NCBI RefSeq assembly: GCF_000400465.1
Contig: NW_008806282.1
Coordinates: 144,001 to 268,000 of the forward strand
DNA from: Wallemia ichthyophaga EXF-994
Taxonomy: Eukaryota > Fungi > Basidiomycota
Direction of reading: 5' to 3'
DNA length: 124,000 nucleotides
The translations under genes were made by a program, and so were the position numbers. This document shows, piece by piece, positions 88,250 to 103,332 of this stretch. The notes beneath the pieces were generated by a model. It did no database searches, was not told where the DNA came from, and was given only the letters and a program-made list of their open reading frames with translations. The stretch's first letter is position 1, and each line of letters starts with the position of its first letter.

Positions 88250-89998
88250 ATGCAACTCGAATACGGATGTGAGTTGAATATTGACAGGTTTACCAATTAA
88301 ATAACAATCTCAAGTAAGAAGCCTAAAGGACTTGAAATTAATAAAGAATTTCACAAATTTATTTGATTTGTGAGTGTTACGAGGTGTAGCTGGCATCTGG
88401 CATCTCAAGTAACACTCAATAGACCTGCAGAAGTGAAGATATTCAAATACTCAAATTGCGGTCAATACTTAGCATATGCTCTATCTGATAGTGTTATAAT
88501 CGCAAACTCTGCCGGTAGCACTCTATCACAGTTGAATATCAAGCAATGTCAAGATTTACAATTCAGCTGTAAATCAACTTACTTACAGACTTGGACTAGA
88601 TCCGTTAGACTCGATAATCAAGATTTCAGTGAAAATGTTGAAATTTGGTCGTTGGACGGCACAAAACAATTCTCAACAACAGTAAAGCAAATAGAGAACT
88701 GGACGTTGAATTTCACTTCAGATGATAAATACGCTGTGAAGCAACAATCCAATGAAATCCTAGTTTACGATACTGCAAACTGGTCGAAAGGATTCACCAA
88801 CAAATTAAAGGTCGATGGTATGATCACTTATTCTCTCTCACCTGGTCAGAATCCACACTTGGCTACTTTCATAGCAGAGAAGAAAGGTGCTCCTGCTTCA
88901 CTGAGATTATACTCCTTGGTTGGTCTATCAAACAGCTCAAAGCCAGTATCACAAAAGACCTTCTTCAAAGCAGACAGAGTCATGATGAAGTGGAATGACA
89001 TTGGTACAACCCTTTTATTCCAAACTCAAACAGATTTTGACAAAACCAACAAAAATTACTACGGTGAATCCAACTTATACTTATTATCAACGATCGGTGG
89101 GGGTTACGACGCGAGGATTACTCTCGACAAACCAGGTCCTATCCATGACTTCAACTGGTCACCAAACAGCAAAGAATTCATCGTCATCTACGGTTATATG
89201 CCTGCAAAGGCAACTCTTTTTGACCAAAGAGGTAATCCAACCTTTGATTTCGGTACAAATCCTAGAAACTTCACCTTGTTCAACCCACAAGCTAGATTTA
89301 TCCTCATTGCAGGTTTCGGTAACTTGGCTGGTCAAGTTGATATTTGGGATAGAAAATCACTTAAGAAAGTTTGTCAAATCGATTGCTCAAACACGTCACA
89401 CTGTGAATGGTCACCTGATGGAAGATTCATCCTCACAGCAACCTGTTCACCTAGATTAAGAGTCGACAATGGTGTAAAGGTCTGGCACTTGACTGGTAAA
89501 CTGATTGACATAAAACCAATTGAAGAATTATATCAAGTGCATTGGAGACCTCAAGATGTAAGCAACTTCCCAGACTTTAAATCAGAGATTGAACCACCAC
89601 CAACACCAAACCAATCCGTTATCCAATATCAAAACCCATCTGACAGCAAACCAAAAGTCACTGGCGCATACAAACCTCCTCACGCTAGAGGAACACCATC
89701 ATCATCTGGAACTTCTACGCCTAAAAGTAAACAGATTCCAGGCGCGCCTTCACCAAAACCTCCACCTCAACGCAAGCAAAAAGATAATGCATCACAAGCA
89801 TCACAAGCATCAGCATCAGCACAAAATGATCAACTCACTCCAGTGGATAAAAAGGTTCGCAATCTCACAAAGAAACTTAAAGCTATTGAAGAACTCAAAG
89901 ATAAGCAAAACAAGGGTGAAAAATTAGAAAAAACTCAATTGGCTAAATTAGACAGTGAAGAGGAGATCACTAAGGAAATTGCACAACTCAAAATGTGA
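88250..89998 (+). CDS. Translation initiation factor eIF2A (start exons approximate)
   Basis: KTFFKADRV, TDFDKTNKNYYGESNLY, GPIHDFNWSPNSKEF..YGYMPAK, AGFGNLAG, SPRLRVDNG, YKPPHARG. Confidence 0.95.
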
Positions 89999-90070
89999 AA
90001 AACCTTGTTTAGCGTGAAGTTTGAAACAAAATTATATTCATTTTTATTACTTCAGATAAAGCTAACGATA

Positions 90071-92449
<2,379 letters not shown>

Positions 92450-92507
92450 GTTGGCTGTTGGCTGTTCGATGTCACGTTGAAAGAGGTTATTTACTGTATT
92501 CTTTAAT

Positions 92508-94114
92508 TTATAATACAAAGCACGATGGTTTCCAGTCTGATCCTCTCACTGGCGTTGGCTTGAAGCTATAGCTTGGTTTATTAGCCAGTCCATTACCCAG
92601 TGCATCCCTTGAAATTGAAGAAGGTACACCGCCAATATCTTGTGCTTCTTTGACCATATCTAAGCAGTATTGGTCTATTGGTAGGTTGTTCAGATGTCTT
92701 CCAAACGGCTCGCTCACTGTCATGTTTCATCTTTAGCTTGTCTTCTCCACCGAATAATAACACCCACGCTGTGATGATATTGCATCTATCCCACAAAAGA
92801 AAAACGCCACTATTCCTGTAATCGGTATTGCCATCCATCCCAAACTACTAACCAGCTGCGGTGGTATTGCCAGTAAATACAGCCCAAGCACTTGATTGAG
92901 GTGAATGCTTAGGATTAATGGAATTGGGGCTGTTTCTGTCATCAGATTATAATAAAATTGTTTTCAAAACCTACTATCTCTGATCTTCTCCGCCTCAGTT
93001 AGCCAACTAGTCATTTCTTTGACATATCCTGTTAAATTGACGTATAGCGCTGTGTCAATATGTGTCTTTGTTTGATCTTTGGCCTTCTCAGGTCTGTTAT
93101 TGTAAAATCCGTTGAGGTAAACTTGAAGCAAGCGTAAAACTGATAGGGGAATGTTACGAGGTCTTGAATTGCTCAATACGGATTGAGGTACACTAAGCAA
93201 CTCATCATTTTCCTTGTCATTGAGCTGTTGATGCTGCTTTTCGACTTCATTAGTTGCATTGCTTGCTGGTTGCTGCCTGTTGATCGATGAGTCAGGCACA
93301 TCTGAGTCGACATTCTTAACGGTAGTTGATGGCTTTTCTTCATTCAATTCCTTATTCTTGTCATTCTCTTGTGAACTTTGCAAAGAGGATGTTCGCGACG
93401 GTGGTTGTGATGGATCTGGTGATGTTGATTCAAACCTCACCCTGCTGGGAAACGTCTTTTTCAAACTGGCCAGATAGCCTTTAGGGAGTAACACCTGTAG
93501 ATCAAGTTCATCTAAGCCTTTGTTTTGGTTCTCTCGAAGATGATACCTGGCTGCGTGTGAGAAATATGTCTCGGCATGGATAAACCCACTTTAAAGCGAC
93601 AGGGAAGGCTAGAATTAATCCAACAAACTCCTCTATAGCCTTTTCATTCTCAAAATGGCTATTTACCTCCAAAACGGAGGAAGACAATCTCATAAATGAT
93701 CTAACAGTTGACTGTATGTTTGACCAGAGATTTCTGCCTTCTTGCCACCTATAAATGGCTTGAGCTTTTCGGAATATTGTGCACATTCGACCCACCGCTG
93801 TATAGAAGATGACGCCCGCATTGATACTAGCAAGCCTATCACTGGGGTGATTGAGTGACGGCGGATGCAGAAACGACAGCAACTAACCAATCGATACCAT
93901 CATGGTTAGGCTTCTCGATGCCTTGCATATCCCTTTCATCACCTCTTTATCGCCCCACGTTTGGATAATTGCCGCCCACACAGCGAAGAAGACTACTCGA
94001 CGGAGTGTGCTCGGCCTTATGAAACTACAAATCAGAATACACCGACAACACATTCGAATCGACTGACCATACTGATTTACCGAATTCGAGAGATATGGGC
94101 AGGAAGCTCGTCAT
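92508..94114 (-). CDS. Bestrophin-like (UPF0187/YneE) anion channel
   Basis: LGFRWQEGR.LW, IPLSVLRLL, AFFFCGID.I...EPFG..LNNLPIDQYC; many introns, start approximate. Confidence 0.8.
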
Positions 94115-94192
94115 ATCGTGGTTGATTACGAGCAAGATGATAAATTAAATTACAATACGTGAGATATTCATGACATTTCAGTATCCTGTGTA

Positions 94193-95122
94193 TTAACGTT
94201 ATTGCTGCCTGGCTTCTTCATAAAATCATCCAATTCCTGTTTTCTCTATGAGCCTGTCTTCTCTACGCCAATGCCGATTGGTTACTCACTTTATCGAGGG
94301 AGTCGCTATCTTTTGGAGCTGGCTTTGATTTAATGTTTGCAGGTTTTGTTTGCTTACGCGGGCGAGAAGATTGCTTTGATCTGGTTTAGATAAGTCAGTG
94401 GTTCTTTACACGACTATGACTAGCCCAACCAACCTTGGACCAGATGGCGGCGGGTCTGAGTGCACCTTTGCGCCTAGTCTGCTTAACAATGAGCTACCAG
94501 TAGCACCAGAGCGTGAAGGTGGGTCTACTGTGAAATATCCATATGGTTCAACTCTAATCTCTTGATCTGATCATTTGTCAGCTTCAGTAGCAAGCTAAAG
94601 TACGCGTGAGCTAACCCTTTGCTGTCTTTCCATCAAACATGTCGATCGCCCTGTCGGCATCAATTGATTTCTCAAACGCTACAACTGCTTCACCAGTACT
94701 TCTGCCGCTCTTATCATACTTGACTACCAACTTAGTCAATTGGAATCCATTGAATATATTCTGATTGTGTTACTGTAAGCTTCCTTTGGTCGATTAGGCA
94801 GCTAAGGTACTAACAGCCAGCATTTCCTCGTTTATTTCATAATGAAGATTGCTCAGCTTGACCTGATTCTCTTTCTCACCATCCGGTGGCTGACGCGGTT
94901 CTCTTGGTCGATTCGACGTTGGCCTCCTAGTGAACGAGCTTGTCGATGAGCGCTAATTTGATGTTAGATGAGCACCTTTAATTCTATCATACTCTTTACA
95001 TATTCAATTGGCTTCGATTCCCCGCGCTGCTTCCGGAATCCACCTCGACGTCTACCAGAACTGCCACGCTTATTATCAACTTTTGAGCTCTTTTTTTGCT
95101 TGACGATATCATCCAAGCTCAT
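94193..95122 (-). CDS. YRA1: Yra1/ALYREF (THO complex subunit 4) mRNA export adaptor
   Basis: Manually spliced: MSLDDIVK..., RRM VKLSNLHYEINEEML...YDKSGRSTGEAVVAF..A.RAIDMFDGK, C-terminal SLDK|ELDDFM; absent from the ORF track. Confidence 0.85.
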
Positions 95123-95270
95123 GTCAATATCCCTTTACACTTTTATCAGTTCTTGTTCGCGCTTCCATCGGCCTATCTCACATAGTCGCCATCCCGTGAT
95201 GAAGGTATTTAACAGGTCTGAGAACATAAAGTGTTTTATTATATATTGTTTTATATTTTCGCTCATCTAA

Positions 95271-97571
95271 TCAGGAATGATTGCAAGAATGCCTGCTTGC
95301 ACTTAGTAATCTATAATTATCGAAACGTTTACTCACAACTACAGCCATCCCGCTTACCAGCCAGAATGTAAACTTATATCCACCAATGTCAGTTGCTAGA
95401 AATGTCTTCCATAGATATCCTCCAAATATTGGTCCCAAGAATCTAGATAAACTGACCGCTGACTGACCGTAACTATTCGTTAGTCCAGATATTTCCGGGG
95501 GTGACATGACGTTAATTAGGATAGTAATGCTAGTATACGCTGCCGTCGTCGCTGCGTATCTTATTGCATTAAGTATCGCCAATCCTGTCATCACTAACAC
95601 ATCAGACGATGATTCAGGTCGAACTAACTTTCTTGCAAACGGCACTAATCCATAAGTGAGAATGTAAATCACTGATGAAATCCTGAACATCTGCAAATGA
95701 CTCAAATTGCCATTTGGTGGTCCTATTTTACCATATAGATAGAACTGGTAAAACATACTGAACCCTGCCATCATGGCGATGAGCGACGAAAAGTGAGATG
95801 GTGTCAATGACAACCCGCCGCTGGTATACTCTGTTAATAGGAATGTTGTAAAGAGTTGGTCGAATGTGGTATTATGCAATGCAAGGAAGGCGTACTGACT
95901 CAGTACAATTTTTATCATGACAGACATTTCCACTGGCTTCCTTTCAGTGATAAGAGGTTGATTTTGTTCAGGTATAGCTCTTAATCTCCTATTAGCGCCT
96001 TCTAGATCATCAAATTGATCATCCAACCCAACCCAACTCTTCTGGGAGGTAAGTCCGACATTATCCAGAATCGATTTCGGTCTGGCAGCTTTATTATCAA
96101 CCAGGTGATTACGCGGAACTGAGCCCAACAAAGCGAGGTTTTCTTCACCTAGTCTGTCACCTCTATCTGCAATTGAACTTGGTCTGCTAAACCCAAGTCC
96201 TGCGCTGTCTCTGAAGCTGTTCCTGAAACCGATAGATGGTGAAGGTCGGATTGAAGCACTGCTAGATAGCTCTTCAATATCTCTTTCAGAGTGGTTATTA
96301 AAATCCGTCGTTTCATTGTCAAAATCACGATTCTCATCATGGTTTTCTTCACGGTTTTCATCTTCGTTGTCTTCGTAATGCGATGCAAATCCACTGTGTT
96401 CTTCTTCAATAGCCACATTATCACCTTCCTCCTCTTGATTCAAACGCTCAACCTCCCTAGTTAAGGCTGTCTGAACCCACAAGTCAGTGATAGATACGAC
96501 ATTCTCCTCCTGAGCCCTGAGCAGTCTTTGCGCAAATGACATTCTTTGATTGGGTTGTGATTGTGATAAAGCTTCATCATTATTATCATTGCCAAAAACA
96601 GTGGATGTACGTCTAGAATGTGAACGGATGTCATGAAGTGGCGAAGTTGGCCTTTCATAGCGTACTTGACCGCTAAAAGCCCTTTTGATAAAGTCTATAG
96701 CGCATTTTTTAAATGAATTAGCGTCCTCAGGTAATCTTATCGACGTGAAAAGCGGTCCGGCGTCTCTGCTGACGAACGCTGTGAGTGTGCTACCAAAGAC
96801 CAAGATACTAGCGGCTACAAAGCAAGGCAAAGCGTAAGGGTATTTTGCAAAAAACTTATGTTTCTCCTCGGGGAATAGAAAGGGATATCTGACGGTGGGA
96901 CTTTCAAAGAGCCCTCCGATTATCGGACCGAAGATCGAACCAGCACCCCAGCTGAATGATAAAATAGCATATGCTCTGGCTTCATTGGTACTGTCTGTTA
97001 TGTCTTTGACGGCGGATCTAGACACACCAATGGCACCACTGAAGAGTCCTTGTAGTAGCCTAACGCAGATAGCTTCACCAAGAGAGCGGCAAGTGCCAAA
97101 CAGACTGGTGGCTATGGCATTACCAAATAAGCTAATAAAGAGGGTGATTCTGCGTCCATAACGATCTGCGATGTTTGACCACATCAGTGCCGTTATAAAT
97201 TGAGACAAGAAGAAAGCTGCACCAAGTATACCCGTATAATATCCTACCAAGCTTTCATCGTTATGAGTAATAGCAAACTTGGATACCATTATGAATATGA
97301 AAGGTGCTGCCACGGATGCAGATAAGAATTCACTAAGCATGGAGAAGGATAAAAGAGATATCGGGAGCTTTGGAAGAGGATTACTTGGTTCTACTTTTGT
97401 CTTGATGGGCACTCCCTGGCTAAATATCGTAGACTCTCCCAGTCTGCGTCCAAGTGGCATACTAGTCGGACGCGTAGAGCTCGTACCAAGCAATGCCGAT
97501 TGGGTTCCTGATCTACTTCTAAATAGCCTTCTCCTCCTCACTGTAGGTGTCGTCGTGTCATGGTGCTCCAT
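95271..97571 (-). CDS. MFS transporter (DHA1/ZIFL-like) with long acidic central loop
   Basis: W..IADRYGRR motif A, AYAILSFSWGAGSIFGPIIGG, YPYALPC-like, SLSRFLGPIFGG. Confidence 0.9.
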   Translation of the reverse strand: MEHHDTTTPTVRRRRLFRSRSGTQSALLGTSSTRPTSMPLGRRLGESTIFSQGVPIKTKVEPSNPLPKLPISLLSFSMLSEFLSASVAAPFIFIMVSKFAITHNDESLVGYYTGILGAAFFLSQFITALMWSNIADRYGRRITLFISLFGNAIATSLFGTCRSLGEAICVRLLQGLFSGAIGVSRSAVKDITDSTNEARAYAILSFSWGAGSIFGPIIGGLFESPTVRYPFLFPEEKHKFFAKYPYALPCFVAASILVFGSTLTAFVSRDAGPLFTSIRLPEDANSFKKCAIDFIKRAFSGQVRYERPTSPLHDIRSHSRRTSTVFGNDNNDEALSQSQPNQRMSFAQRLLRAQEENVVSITDLWVQTALTREVERLNQEEEGDNVAIEEEHSGFASHYEDNEDENREENHDENRDFDNETTDFNNHSERDIEELSSSASIRPSPSIGFRNSFRDSAGLGFSRPSSIADRGDRLGEENLALLGSVPRNHLVDNKAARPKSILDNVGLTSQKSWVGLDDQFDDLEGANRRLRAIPEQNQPLITERKPVEMSVMIKIVLSQYAFLALHNTTFDQLFTTFLLTEYTSGGLSLTPSHFSSLIAMMAGFSMFYQFYLYGKIGPPNGNLSHLQMFRISSVIYILTYGLVPFARKLVRPESSSDVLVMTGLAILNAIRYAATTAAYTSITILINVMSPPEISGLTNSYGQSAVSLSRFLGPIFGGYLWKTFLATDIGGYKFTFWLVSGMAVVVSKRFDNYRLLSASRHSCNHS

Positions 97572-98055
97572 CTCGTAAATGAGCGTCAGAGAGAAAGCAA
97601 CGGCGAAATTGGACAAGACGTCATAACAGGAATTATAATTTTTTAACTCGCTAGCAGAACTAAAAGTGGCGTGTTTCGTGTTCGTTGTTTTAATTGTGGG
97701 TCTTCACGCCCGGGATTAGTCAACCCACTCGGGAGCTGTTACAGTGGATATATCCTGTGGAGTGGATGGGCAGCCTATCCAGTAAATAGCCTCCAGCCAA
97801 ACCATCAAACCAAATTATTATGATTTCTCATTTCTTCGCGGTTCGCCGTCTTATGGACCATCGAGGTTATCGCTGTAAATGATCTGCGGCAATTCTAGTA
97901 AGCTTTATATTCATTCCAGCACCTCTCTGGTCTTCGAATAATATCTGGTACTCGACTTTCAAGTCTTCTTTAAGCGATACTCCGCGTAAGGCTGCAGTGT
98001 TTCACTCCTGCATAAGCCTCTCTGACCTCAACCCCCAAGACCTGGCAGTCCGCAG

Positions 98056-98940
98056 ATGGCGATTAAACTTAAGATATTAGCAGGAAGTACCATAGATGAT
98101 TGTGAAGCTGTAGACTACCAAGGTGGAAAGCCTGTCGATGTGAACAACCCGCATTTCACTGGACAGGTTGCAGTACTGTTGAAGAACGACGAGCAGTCAC
98201 ATCCGTATTTCAACGATGAGTCCAACAAAGGTATCACATGGTCAATACAGCTGTGCGGTGTCTTGCACGACGACGATGTGGATTGTGACAATCTCGTCTT
98301 CGGTAATCAATTTTCACACCCGATTCGGCAGCATTTGCCATGGGGAAGTGCAATGGCTGTGAAGTTTATTAAATACCTCGATCCAACACTCACAGAGGAT
98401 TTGCAGTCCGATACGCCCTGGGCATTTAGCCCTCTGTGTAGCACTGTCGAGAGATTGAACGTATCGGACAATTCAGACACGAGTAAGATGAAGAATGAAC
98501 AAGACTTGATTATAGAAGAAGACATAAGCTGTCTGATTCACAAAGATGAAACTAGTAAGCCTAAATGTGGTAATGCTAGTGCTCGCAAAAAATGGTTCAA
98601 GAGTGAAAGCCGAAGGAAAGGCCTCAACTTGTCCAAAAAAAGAGTTGCTTTTGATTTCGCTAAAGGATTCATCAATTTCTCAACTCTGTGGGTGCATCTT
98701 CATCTTTAATTTCAAAGACATGCTGATTAGTGCACAAGATCGCTCTCATTTCCCGAAATTGGCCTGAACATAGGTTTGCTTAAACACTGGGATGGTCAAC
98801 CCGTTAGGTTCTATCTACGCAACAGGAACACTGGCGTCGATTACGCGGTGATCCAGTTCATTATCGAAGATGTAGGCCAGGATGCACCAGCACAAACGAA
98901 ACAATTGGCAGAGGAGAAAAATATCGGCACTGATAATTGA
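98056..98940 (+). CDS. DUF1769-family protein
   Basis: FTGQVAVLLK, TWSIQ, LVFGNQFSHPIR..LPWG, DPTL..DL.SDTPWAFSPL.ST, FDF..GFINF. Confidence 0.8.
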
Positions 98941-99048
98941 TAAATCTGAATCAAAATATCCAGCAAAACGTTTCCATCTAAGCGCATAAAGTTCATGTAT
99001 CCCATTAACGAAGTTTAATCTAATCCATTTATGTTTGTCTGTATTACG

Positions 99049-100218
99049 TTATCTACTCACCACACCAAAATTTTCAAGATTTCCACTTGAAACCTCCTTC
99101 AAAGTTGGTCTAGGTCCTTTGATTGCGCAGGTGGAGGATTTGTCTTTGGATGTGAGACTATTGTGTACTTCCTTCTCATGTTCATTGAGTGAGCAAATGC
99201 AAGTACCGCCAAACTCAGAAGGCAGATTCTCATCTACTGCCAGCTCCTTCAACGCGTCCTGGTAACCTGTCCCGTGTATCGACACCTTGGAAGCGGTAGC
99301 TTGGTCCATCATTGCCTTTACTACCTTCCAGATAGTGCTAAAGCCAGCTGGAGCATTGATAATAACAATTGGTCCGCTCAATTCGGGGTAGTTGTCCTGT
99401 AAGATCTGTATGATAGACTGAATCCTCCCTCTGATTTTCCAAAACTGGTAGTAGGCGATACCTTTCACGTCCATAACGTTGACTGTCTGAGACACGTGAA
99501 TGCCGCGTGCCTCTTTGCACGCTCTGAAGGTATCTTTTGACAATCTCTCGTTGGAAATGACTTGATTGAGAGTGAATCTTTCAGGCGATATTTTGGTGAA
99601 GAGAGCTGATGCATCAAGCCTCCCAAACTGCTGGTAGTAAATAGGTCTTCCGAGCTGTATAGTGTGAGCCGAAAGACATCTTGAATCATAGTGTAATCAC
99701 CTTATCTGTTTTGTGAAAGAACTGGATCCTGTGAGTAAGTAAAGCACTTCGAATCTAACATCATACCTGGGGATACCACCTAAGCGTTCGCGTTCGCGTC
99801 AGCAACGTCTTTCGACTTCATCTGCCCACATACTCATCTAAAGCACCCTTTTCCTCTTTTGTGAGCTCGAACGTCTCCGTGAGCTCGTCGATATTGAAAT
99901 CCTTTCTCCACTTGAGATAATCACTATCATCAATCAATTACAGTCCCTAATGACTAAAGTACCCACCTAAACATCTTCTCTGTTTCATCCAAGTCCCATT
100001 TACGAGCTTGAAGAAAGCGACTTATGCTGTTAGATGGAGAATTATATGTACTCATCAACCCACACGAATTCATTGTCGTCGTGTGTCAAGGTGCCGTCAC
100101 TCCATTGAGACGATTTGGCGTCTTCAGGGATTCTATCTTTGAATTGACTGAGTAGCCTGATCTGCTCATCATTTATATCGTACGATGTCGTGTTAACATT
100201 TGGAGCATTGTCGGTCAT
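99049..100218 (-). CDS. Sec14/CRAL-TRIO phospholipid transfer protein
   Basis: RFLQARKWDL, FHKTDK.GRPIYYQQFGRLD, QDNYPE..GP..IINAPAGFSTIWKVVK, ENLPSEFGGTC. Confidence 0.9.
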
Positions 100219-100392
100219 ACTATCAAACCAAGATGATCGATTAAGCGGATGAAGATATAAATATTATTATTTTAGCATTCTTTACAGTACATTGTCTACT
100301 TCTATAGGTTGTGACAGGAGATATTCCATTGTAAATCCGTTTTCTTCGCATCTGCTTCGAGTCAGTTGGTTCCTCCTCTTGGCGCTCTAAAC

Positions 100393-103070
100393 TTACAACG
100401 CGGTGACATCCTTCTGCCAATCGATTAGACCTTTCTGCACGCTTCTCAAAGGCGTAGCGAATTCTATCTGGCGTGAACGCAACGTCCTGCCGTGGAAAGT
100501 CAAAAGCGAGGATACCCAGAGCAAGTCGAACTCGAGGTGAACGCTTCGCTCCATGTGCTTTCCAATGAATGAAACCAGCTTATCGACATATACTAGCGGT
100601 AATTGCTTCACAATCAACCTTATCTCAACTGGTGGAGTGCTAGTGTAAACCATCTCGATAATCTTTTCGTCATTCAATCTGAACGCCATTATCAATCCCA
100701 CCAAATAGTCGCCCTTCTTGACCGTCTTTGTGACGCTCTCCGGCGTCAGATCAATGTCCAAATCGAATGGATCGAATAGAGCACTCTCATCGAGCGAGTA
100801 TACGATCAACCCATCAGTAGATGCAGCCGACCATGTGCGGCCTGTCGGCGAGACCTTGACGCTCTTTGTTCTTATTTCAGGTCTGTACTTGCGCCTTGAC
100901 AAGTCCCCACCTTGTGCGCCAGGCAGCGAGTGATCCAGGCGATCTTCTAAGTCACTCTCATCACCTTGAATACCATTACTGATGTTGGTTCCATCTTCCA
101001 ATTGCAATCTACTGTCCAAGAACTCTTGCGTTCCATCCAGAGACAGATTATCGGAGATTTGAAACTTCTTCAAGGCTACGCCTTCTTTCACATCATAAAG
101101 CAACACGTATTTACTGTTACCGCCTGCCAGTATATAGTTACCATCAGCAGTGTAACACAAGCTGTTAAAGCTCTTTCCAGACGAGTTGTTATTAGCTGTG
101201 ATTCGGTCATCTTGCTTGCGACCTCCAGATACGTCTTTGCGACCTTCAATCACACCAGTCTGCTTGTCATCTTCTAAAGACCAGAACTGTATTTGACCGT
101301 CAAGGGTGGATGTAGCCAACTCTTTACCGTCTGGTCTGAACACCACAGTCAAGGCATCAGAGTTGATTGAGTAGGGTTCAACAGTTCTAGCTCTTCTGAA
101401 AATATCCCATACTCTGATTGTTCTATCCCACGAGGAAGATGCTAATTGAGCGCCGCCTGGTCCGAATGAAAGTCCAGAGACGGGACCTTCATGTCCTGAC
101501 ATGACATCCATTAGCTTGCCGGTCTGTACAGACCACAAGAAGATTTCGAATGTGTCGATTGATCCTGCAGCCAAAACCTCACCCGACTCATCTACTGTCA
101601 TTGAGCTAAACTGGGTTGGGGAAGGTGATGTGAATGTTCTGAAGTTTCTGTAGCGTATCAAATCATATGCACGGACAGTTCCATCTAAAGAGGCAGAGAA
101701 AAGAACTTTTCCTTGCTTGGCGAATTCTACTTGTGAGATGGCTGCACTGTGGTCGCTAAATGTGACAGTACAAAAGCCTGATGATAGATTCCACAATTTC
101801 ACTTTACCATCATCACCACCGGTTGCAACCAGCTGGCCGTCAGGTGCGTAAGATACAGTGTTCATGTCCGAATAATGACCTTGTTGCTTGAGGACGTAGC
101901 TTTCTGATTGCCACTCCCACACTAACAATTGACCCAACTTCTTGGCACCGAATGCCAACCACTCTCCCGAAGGATTGATGTCTACGGAAGTGACCTTCTC
102001 CTGCGAAATAGACAATGTGTGTAAATTGGTGAATGATGGCAGCTCCCATAGACCAAAAACACCGGTGCTAAACCCGACGACGAGGAGGGAGCTTTTTTGG
102101 TGGAATGTTGAGCAAACGACTCTGGTTGCGGGCATGTTGAAGTAGTGTCTGGAAGAAACGCCCCATCTGGTGTCAGCAATACGTCTACTTTCATCCACGT
102201 TAGTATCGTTATTGCTGCTGCTGTCACTGTCGCTGTCTTCTTCGCTGTCTTCACTGGAGGACTCATCTTCAGATGGCTTTGCGGTCCATACGAATACAGC
102301 GCCATCTCTGGACACAGTATAGATAGACTTGCTGTCTTTTGAGAAGTAAGCGTTAACGACTCTGTCTTTATGTCCTGAGAGCGTTTTTGGCCTAAAGCCT
102401 GGCAAGGTGTCAAGAGTAAAGAGCCTGGCAGTCATATCATAGCTGCAGGTAACAAAGAATCTTGAGCAGGGCGACCAAGTGATTGATGTGACAGAGTCGA
102501 AATGGCCCGTGTAGGTTCTAAACAGGACCATTGGGGCAAACTCCCTGATCAAGAACGAGGGCGCTCTCCAAACCTGCACATGGCTTCCGTGGGTGACGGC
102601 CAGGAACTTGCCATCGGGGGAAAAACATAAGTCTTTGACGGGCTTCTTGAAGTTGTGGTGGTGGAGAATTGTACGACGTTTGGCGTTGATGAGCAGCGCT
102701 CTTCCGTCTGCTGAGTATGAGTGTGTGCGCTCTAGAGAAGCAGATGCCCTCACCGTCGTCGACTGTGACCAATATCCTGCCATCTGGACTCAAAGCAATT
102801 CTAGCGATGTTCTTCCTGTTCTCGCAAGGGAACGTGAACGAGTTGTTGCTGGGCTTTGTTAGGCGGCTTATAGACGCAGTAACCAACTCACTTGACTAGA
102901 TCGAAGCTGCTAACGCGGTTGCCCACCGGACTGAGGACGCTGTTGCCATCCTGCGTGAAGACGACGTTTCCCTGTCTATACACGGTACCGCATAGGTTAG
103001 AGAACTGTGGGCATCGTTAGCAGATTCATTTCAGCGTACTTGTACCGCCTACATTAAAATTACTCCTCAT
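100393..103070 (-). CDS. PWP2: Periodic tryptophan protein 2 (UTP1), SSU processome
   Basis: FSNLCGTVYRQGN, EWLAFGAKKLGQLLVWEWQSESYVLKQQGH, RAYDLIRYRNFRTF, FDPFDLD.D.TP. Confidence 0.97.
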
Positions 103071-103332
103071 GGTGGCTTATCAAGATGCAATTAGGCTGCA
103101 GACAGCCATTTGAGTAAAATATTTGTACATTCAGTTGGAATATCAATACTGCATGTCGTGCAACACCGCGCTCGTGTGTACTCGTCACTGAAAATCTGTA
103201 TTATATGATAACGACGCAGAGGTTGCTTGGAAACGCACAGAGCATAAAAACATCCAGTACTTTACATCATCTCTCGCTAAATAAAACCCAAGGTGACTTA
103301 CAACCAAACTTATCTCTTAGACAATAACAGCG

